A stretch of 64,000 bases of DNA from NCBI GenBank assembly GCA_045106555.1, contig JBGCET010000014.1, forward strand, positions 193,997 to 257,996. The letters run 5' to 3'. Within the stretch, counting starts at the first letter, position 1. Each line of letters starts with the position of its first letter. Under the pieces are notes generated by a model, which made no database searches, was not told the origin of the DNA, and saw nothing but the letters and a program-made list of their open reading frames with translations. Shown here piece by piece: positions 59,055 to 64,000 of this stretch. The translations under genes and the position numbers were made by a program. The stretch is from Lysobacterales bacterium (GTDB lineage Bacteria; Pseudomonadota; Gammaproteobacteria; Xanthomonadales; SZUA-38).

Positions 59055-60530
59055 ATGGCAGCAAAACATCGACGAGAATTTTTGCGCAAGTCTTTATGTG
59101 CCCTGGCGGGCAGCGCGTCGTTCACCTCAGTGATGGGCAAAGTGCAGCTTAGCGCTGGCGCAAGCCAGAAGATGCTGAAAGGTGCTGGTGATAACTACCG
59201 CGCCATGGTTTGTCTGGACCTTTCCGGCGGCAATGATTGCTTCAACACCATAGTGCCCACCGATACTGGAAACTACGGCACCTACGCTGCAACCCGCTCA
59301 AATCTCGCCGTGCCGCAAAACCAGCTGCTGCAGCTCACCGGCGTTGATTATGGATTACACCCAGAGATGTCGGGCACCCAGGAGATGTTCAACCGCGGAA
59401 TGGCCGCTGTCGTCGGCAACGTTGGGCCTTTGGTACGACCCGTAGACAAGCAGCTTTATGAACAGCCCGGCACACCGCTGCCGCCGCAACTATTTTCCCA
59501 CTCCGATCAGTCTGTGTTGTGGCAATCGCCTCGAGCTGATGCCCAGGTGCGGCGTGGATGGGGTGGGCGGCTGGCCGATATATTTGCCGCCAGTAACGCA
59601 AACCCGGTGCTGTCGATGAATGTATCCATGGACGGAGAGAATGTGTTCCAGGCCGGCGATCTTGTGTCGCCGTATTTCATGTCTACCGACGGTGTAGAAG
59701 ATATCTCTACCATTCAAACCGGCGCGGCAAACTGCGAAGACGGTGGCCAGGGGTGGAACCGTCGCCGCTGTCTGTCGTTCAACGCGCTGCGCGACATGAA
59801 TCACGATCACCCCTTTGAGCGCGCATACGCGGGGCTGCTGCGAGGCACGATGGCGACATCTGCCCAGGTGCGAGAAGCCATTGCGCTTTACCCCGAAAAT
59901 GCCGCCGTGTTCCGACCCTTCTGGGAGCGCAACGGCTTAAGCTGGAACCCCGACAACCTGGCAGAGTTACCTTCGCTAGCCCAACAGCTGCTGATGATTG
60001 CTCGCGTGATCCAGGCCAGGGGCGACCTGCAGATGAGCCGGCAGTTGTTCTATGCCCGTATCGGCAGTTTTGATACCCACGGTTCTCAGCTGGCCGACCA
60101 TCCACCATTGCTGGCCGATTTATCCGCATCCGTCGCCGCGTTTTACGATGTGCTTGAAGACCCGGCGTTTGCCCTGTCTAACGACGTGACCGCATTTACC
60201 GTGTCTGAGTTCGGCAGAACCTTAACCATCAACGGCGACGGCACTGACCACGGCTGGGGCGGACATCACTTGGTATTTGGTGGCGCGGTGAACGGCGGGC
60301 AGATTTACGGCACCATGCCTAACCTGGACGCGTCCGAATCCAACCCAGATAACGCCGGTTGGGGACAGATTATTCCCACGCTGTCGGTAGACCAATACGC
60401 AGCAACACTGGCTAGCTGGTACGGACTTTCCACCGAAGATCGCAATACAATATTTCCCAACCTACAGTTCATGAGCGGAAACTTATTGTCGGTGAGCGGA
60501 CCCGACCTGGGGTTCATGCAGCCAGGATAG
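59055..60530 (+). CDS. DUF1501-family (sulfatase/phosphatase-like) Tat-exported protein
   Basis: RREFLRKSL twin-arginine leader and the GGNDCFNTIVP and GTDHGWGG motifs of DUF1501. Confidence 0.85.
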   Translation: MAAKHRREFLRKSLCALAGSASFTSVMGKVQLSAGASQKMLKGAGDNYRAMVCLDLSGGNDCFNTIVPTDTGNYGTYAATRSNLAVPQNQLLQLTGVDYGLHPEMSGTQEMFNRGMAAVVGNVGPLVRPVDKQLYEQPGTPLPPQLFSHSDQSVLWQSPRADAQVRRGWGGRLADIFAASNANPVLSMNVSMDGENVFQAGDLVSPYFMSTDGVEDISTIQTGAANCEDGGQGWNRRRCLSFNALRDMNHDHPFERAYAGLLRGTMATSAQVREAIALYPENAAVFRPFWERNGLSWNPDNLAELPSLAQQLLMIARVIQARGDLQMSRQLFYARIGSFDTHGSQLADHPPLLADLSASVAAFYDVLEDPAFALSNDVTAFTVSEFGRTLTINGDGTDHGWGGHHLVFGGAVNGGQIYGTMPNLDASESNPDNAGWGQIIPTLSVDQYAATLASWYGLSTEDRNTIFPNLQFMSGNLLSVSGPDLGFMQPG

Positions 60531-60552
60531 CGCCGGCGAGCCATAGGGAAAG

Positions 60553-61506
60553 TTACCGGTCTAACGGACTGATCACGCCTCGGCCACCTCGGTTGAGCAC
60601 ATGGGTGTAAATCATGGTGGTGGATACGTCTTTGTGCCCTAGCAGCTCCTGAACGGTGCGGATATCGTAGCCATCCTCAAGAAGGTGTGTCGCAAAGCTA
60701 TGGCGGAAGGTATGGCAGGTGATGTGTTTATTAAGGCCGCAGCGGTTCCTGGCATCACCTAAATGCTTGTTAATTGCAGATGCGGAAAGGTGATGCCGCG
60801 CCAATAGCCCCGACCTCGGATCAACCGAGCGGTGAGGTGCAGGAAATACCCACTGCCAACCCCATTGTTTTTGGGCGCGCGGATATTTCTTTACCAGAGC
60901 GTTTGGTAATACGACGTCGCCGTACCCTTTTTCCAGGTCAGCAATATGCAACCGTTGGGTACGTTGCAGGTGATCAGTTAGAGGGGCGATCACCTGCAGC
61001 GGCAGCATTGATATACGATCTTTATTACCTTTACCTTCACGTACCATTATCGTGTTTTTATGCAAATCAATATCTTTCACGCGGAGGCGCAGCGCTTCCA
61101 ATATTCGCAATCCGGCACCGTACAGAAGCGCAACCACCAACCAATGCCAGCCCGTCAAGCAATCCATGATCCTAGTTACCTCAGATTTCGTTAAGACCAC
61201 TGGGAGGCGATTTGGCCTCTTTGCTCGGACAACGTCATCAAGTTGCGGCATTGCCATTTTTAAGACGTGGCGGTAAAGAAACAGCAGGCCATTCAACGCT
61301 TGGTTTTGCGTTGAAGGTGCAACTTTTAGTTCGATAGCAAGATGAGAAAGAAAAGACTCGATGGCGGACTTTCCGAGTTTTCCGGGATACGTACCGCCAT
61401 GAAAACGCACGAATCGACGAACCCAACCGGTATAAGCCTGCTCAGTACGATAGCTGTAACCGCGAACTCGGATCTCACGAATAACCGCATCGGTCGGTAA
61501 TGGTTG
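60553..61506 (-). CDS. intI: integron integrase IntI (tyrosine recombinase); N-terminus disrupted or lacking a canonical start codon, possibly a pseudogene
   Basis: Box I/II motifs are present (RLPVVLT..., [28 protein letters not shown]). The IntI-specific insertion [20 protein letters not shown] is also present. The conserved N-terminal [29 protein letters not shown] lies in frame upstream of the ORF-track start (GTG 61410). That frame meets a TGA at 61507-61509 with no ATG, GTG or TTG in between. Confidence 0.8.
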   Translation of the reverse strand, partial: QPLPTDAVIREIRVRGYSYRTEQAYTGWVRRFVRFHGGTYPGKLGKSAIESFLSHLAIELKVAPSTQNQALNGLLFLYRHVLKMAMPQLDDVVRAKRPNRLPVVLTKSEVTRIMDCLTGWHWLVVALLYGAGLRILEALRLRVKDIDLHKNTIMVREGKGNKDRISMLPLQVIAPLTDHLQRTQRLHIADLEKGYGDVVLPNALVKKYPRAQKQWGWQWVFPAPHRSVDPRSGLLARHHLSASAINKHLGDARNRCGLNKHITCHTFRHSFATHLLEDGYDIRTVQELLGHKDVSTTMIYTHVLNRGGRGVISPLDR

Positions 61507-61592
61507 TCAGAATCGGTCACCGCCGCGATGTATATCGCGCCCTCTAACTATGCAATGCAGTTGACTGGCTGCGCCGGCAGCTGATCGCAGGC

Positions 61593-61604
61593 GTTATACG
61601 GCAT
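61593..61604. repeat. left copy of a 12-bp perfect inverted repeat (GTTATACGGCAT), core-site-like, putative attI/cassette junction
   Basis: It contains GTTATAC (near GTTRRRY) and overlaps the ATG of the first ORF. Its reverse complement occurs at 62237-62248. Confidence 0.5.
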
Positions 61605-62247
61605 GAATCGCCAACCTGATAGTTTTACCGCGAATGGTTACCTTGTGATCCCAGAGGTACTTTCGCTCGATGATATTGCTGAAATAGCAGATCATTTGCG
61701 AGAATTCTCAGGTCGTAGTGCCAGGACTAGAAGGCTTCTAAGATTCTCCTGGTGTTCAGACCTTGCAGGAAGCATTCGGCTCAATGGTCAGGTTGCTGAT
61801 ATGCTGCCTTCGAGCTACGTTTCGATTCAAGCAACTTATTTTCCCAAGTGCGAGAACGATAATTGGAAGGTGCCACTGCACCGAGATTTTTTCGTTCCGC
61901 TCAAGGAGCGACGTGATACCCCAGGCTGGAGTGGTTGGTCTGAGAAGGAAGGTGTGCAGTTCGCTCGACCACCCACAGAGATTCTTGAGCGCCTTGTAGC
62001 CATTCGCGTACATCTGGAGGCAAGTACCACCACTAACGGCCCGCTTTTTGTCGTGCCAGGTTCCCATCTAGGACCTAGTGATTCTGATCGGGTTGCCTGT
62101 GAGGTTCCGGCCGGTGGTGCGCTGGCAATGCGGCCGTTAGTCTTGCATGCTTCATCAAAGGTTCAAGAAGGAACCCGACGTGTGCTTCATTTTCTATTTG
62201 GCCCCGAGCATCTGGAACATGGGCTGGCGTGGGCAGATGCCGTATAA
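61603..62247 (+). CDS. phytanoyl-CoA dioxygenase (PhyH) family Fe(II)/2-oxoglutarate oxygenase, cassette-like
   Basis: N-terminal F..NGYLVIPEVLS, the HxD motif (PLHRD) and the distal His region (LVLHAS). The composition is AT-richer than the flanks. Confidence 0.75.
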   Translation: MNRQPDSFTANGYLVIPEVLSLDDIAEIADHLREFSGRSARTRRLLRFSWCSDLAGSIRLNGQVADMLPSSYVSIQATYFPKCENDNWKVPLHRDFFVPLKERRDTPGWSGWSEKEGVQFARPPTEILERLVAIRVHLEASTTTNGPLFVVPGSHLGPSDSDRVACEVPAGGALAMRPLVLHASSKVQEGTRRVLHFLFGPEHLEHGLAWADAV

Positions 62248-62248
62248 C
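62237..62248. repeat. right copy of the 12-bp inverted repeat (ATGCCGTATAAC), inverse-core-like (R''-like)
   Basis: It contains GTATAAC (near RYYYAAC) and overlaps the TAA stop of the PhyH ORF. Confidence 0.5.
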
Positions 62249-62372
62249 CAATCATTCCAGCAGACTCGGGATGTCAGTCACGACCCTTGCATCCGTAGGG
62301 CTCGCGCCAGCCATGTTCCTTGGCATCCGTTCCAGCTGTGGGTGCTAAACTGAGGCGTAGGAGGTACCGCAC

Positions 62373-62558
62373 ATGTCCACAGCGAAAGACGAGCTATCTC
62401 AGCTGATAGCAAATCAACCCGATGACAGTTCGCAAGAGCAGATCATTCGAGACTTGGCTTTTCATTTGATGGTTCAACGTGGGCTCGCGGACAAAAGAGC
62501 GGGACGTACGATATCCAACGATGAGATGCATCAACGCATTCGACAATGGCGCAAATAG
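62373..62558 (+). CDS. putative type II antitoxin (61 aa) paired with a ParE-like toxin
   Basis: TAGGAGG RBS 8 nt upstream. It is a small protein whose stop overlaps the ATG of the following ParE-like ORF (ATGGCGCAAATAG). Confidence 0.55.
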   Translation: MSTAKDELSQLIANQPDDSSQEQIIRDLAFHLMVQRGLADKRAGRTISNDEMHQRIRQWRK

Positions 62559-62740
62559 TTTGGACGGACGAAGCCGAGCGTTGGTTTCGAGATATCTACA
62601 CTCACATTGCAAAGGATGACAAATCAGCCGCAATTCGTGTCATCGACGGAATCTATGCGAAAGCACAATTGCTCGTGGGCTTGTTGTGCCGAGTTTTTTC
62701 AGCTGACCTTCAACAAGCCCCGCTCTTCGAGTTCCAGTAA
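62546..62740 (+). pseudogene. parE: RelE/ParE-family toxin, 3'-truncated
   Basis: The N-terminus MAQIVWTDEAERWFRDIYTHIAKDDKSAAIRVIDGIYAKAQLL fits the ParE pattern. After about residue 43 the sequence runs into the antisense 3' end of the convergent core gene. The ORF ends at 64 aa, whereas ParE toxins are usually 90-100 aa. Confidence 0.55.
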
Positions 62741-64000
62741 TAGCAGTTGCTGAATTAGGAAGTCTTTGGTGGTTTCCGGGTGCTCCAGGTGAACGCGCTC
62801 AAGAAACGGTTTGGCCGCTTCTTCGTCGTCCTTGTGGAGTAAAGCCTTGAACGAGGCGGCAATAAATTGGCCAGGTCGGGTGCTTAACTCTTTGATTTTC
62901 CGCAGGCTGGCGCTCAGCGCAATTTCCTGCTCGGTCAGGTCAGTCCCCAGCGGATAGGCAGGCAACATGCCTTTTTTCAGGTACGGATTCAGCGTTTCGC
63001 GCAGGTACTCCGGCGTGTTGTTTTGGGCTTGCGCCGGAATACGATAATTCTTCTCAACTTTGCCGTGACTGTGGGCGAACTCCAGCAACTCTTCCTGAAA
63101 GCGCGAATCAGCAATGTTAATCAGCCTTTTTATCACTTCTGAGTCGCTTTGCCCCCGCAGGTAAGCCACGCCGTATTCGGTCACGATTACATCGCGCAGA
63201 TGTTTGGGAATCGTGGCGTAGCCATAAGTCGGCACAACGTTTGATTCCATGTGCCTGCCATGACCTCGGGTACTTCGAATACAGAGGATCGAATGAGCGC
63301 CGGGCAGATCCTGGGCCATAGCCACAAAGTTGTATTGGCCACCAACGCCACTGATTACCGTGCCGTTTTCCAACGCGTCGGAAGCTACCGTCCCGTTCAG
63401 CGCCACTTTCATTCCGGTGTTGATGAAACGGGCCTTTGTTCGCTGTGCACAATAGAGGTGAAAATCCAACAACAGCTGATTGGTGCGGCGGACTCCGGTC
63501 ATACAGATTTCTTCCCGCTGCCCCTCGTCCAGGTCGCGCAATTTCTGGTAGAAATCGCTAGGGCCGAGGAAGAATCCGCCGTGCAGGAGGCGGCCATGGC
63601 GTAGTGGTTTGGCGCGAACGCTCTCAAGCAGCAAATTCCGAGTATCGGTTGCGTCTAGGTCGTTGACGGTTTTTCTGCCGTCGACCACCAGGTTGGAAGC
63701 GTCAATACTGACGTTCTCCGACACGATTCCCCAGTACTGCAGATCCTGCAGCGATTGCGGGTCAAGAACAGCGGGAATCACGCCCTTTTTTCTACCGTAG
63801 TCATACAGACGTTCATCGACGACCGGATTAATCGCGCCCGCGTTCAGGCCTTGCTGAAGGATCAGGTTGTCATAAACTTTGCGTTTGACTATGCCCTGTT
63901 CGATGAGATGCATCATGCCGTTAACGAACATCTCTGTGGACACATAAAGTCCTTGCTCGAATCGGCCGCCATCTTCCACTAGGGGATTGGACTGTTGCGT
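62699..64000 (-). CDS. acetyl-CoA hydrolase/transferase family protein, N-terminus beyond the window
   Basis: The reading frame is open to the window end. Strings such as GGQYNFVAMAQDLPGA and VVTEYGVAYLRGQSD are typical of the AcCoA hydrolase/CoA-transferase C-terminal domain. Confidence 0.8.
   Translation of the reverse strand, partial: TQQSNPLVEDGGRFEQGLYVSTEMFVNGMMHLIEQGIVKRKVYDNLILQQGLNAGAINPVVDERLYDYGRKKGVIPAVLDPQSLQDLQYWGIVSENVSIDASNLVVDGRKTVNDLDATDTRNLLLESVRAKPLRHGRLLHGGFFLGPSDFYQKLRDLDEGQREEICMTGVRRTNQLLLDFHLYCAQRTKARFINTGMKVALNGTVASDALENGTVISGVGGQYNFVAMAQDLPGAHSILCIRSTRGHGRHMESNVVPTYGYATIPKHLRDVIVTEYGVAYLRGQSDSEVIKRLINIADSRFQEELLEFAHSHGKVEKNYRIPAQAQNNTPEYLRETLNPYLKKGMLPAYPLGTDLTEQEIALSASLRKIKELSTRPGQFIAASFKALLHKDDEEAAKPFLERVHLEHPETTKDFLIQQLLLLELEERGLLKVS

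Larger units (their letters stand above)
60553..62690. mobile_element. small decayed chromosomal integron (intI, one cassette-like ORF and a truncated TA module)
   Basis: An integron-type integrase is divergent from same-strand small ORFs. There is core-site-like GTTATAC/GTATAAC sequence. The composition is visibly AT-richer than the flanks. The right end truncates a parE-like ORF against a convergent core gene. Confidence 0.65.

Noticed and set aside
61522-61537. Palindrome CGCGAT-gtat-ATCGCG just upstream of the intI region, considered as a LexA box because integron integrases are often SOS-controlled.
   Set aside because: It lacks the CTGT/ACAG half-sites. Only the TGTATAT core resembles the SOS box.
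61504-61590. Attempt to locate a cassette promoter (Pc) and attI direct repeats between intI and the first ORF, using TTGTCA at 61504 and TTGACT at 61560.
   Set aside because: No -10 hexamer of acceptable quality sits at 16-18 nt spacing from either -35-like hexamer. I cannot define attI binding sites by eye.
1-64000. Search for rRNA genes, tRNA genes, CRISPR arrays, IS elements and long tandem repeats.
   Set aside because: I saw no repeat-spacer periodicity and no transposase-like ORFs. No cloverleaf-compatible segment turned up in any intergenic gap. This was a by-eye check only, so tRNAscan, Infernal and a CRISPR finder would be needed for certainty.

Overview
The window is a 64-kb GC-rich chromosomal segment. 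By eye the GC content is in the upper 50s percent. Gene content looks like a marine gammaproteobacterium (many TonB/RND/DUF1800-DUF1501 type genes), but that taxonomic guess is inference only. Coding density is high: I support about 57 protein-coding genes. I found no rRNA gene, no convincing tRNA and no CRISPR array. Most of the window is ordinary core genome. It holds two RND efflux loci, gluQ, cysZ, htpX, an SPFH protein, an NSS transporter, a TonB-dependent receptor, an acyl-CoA ligase and an SOS-box-preceded PA0069-type radical SAM gene. It also holds a beta-CASP hydrolase, msrA, an S9 peptidase, an OPT transporter, a 7TMR-DISM diguanylate cyclase, rimO plus an rsmC-like gene, an exported TldD/PmbA-like pair, a MacAB-like ABC exporter and a DUF1800/DUF1501 pair. 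Two regions deserve attention. (1) At 24.1-28.5 kb there is a translationally coupled operon. It encodes an exported cupredoxin with a complete type-1 copper ligand set, a membrane sensor Hanks-type Ser/Thr kinase with HAMP and a degenerate cyclase-homology domain, and a putative outer-membrane beta-barrel. It is preceded by a membrane-anchored ankyrin protein. This is my best candidate for an uncharacterised envelope signalling system, but I cannot establish novelty without database searches. (2) At 60.55-62.7 kb there is a small, AT-richer, decayed chromosomal integron. It comprises an intI gene with an N-terminal frame disruption, a PhyH-type dioxygenase ORF bracketed by a 12-bp inverted repeat containing integron core-site-like sequence, and an antitoxin/ParE pair whose toxin gene is truncated at the junction with core DNA. 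Smaller observations include a probable CTG start for the rsmC-like gene overlapping the rimO stop, a bacterial Reeler-like domain protein, and candidate TetR operators.
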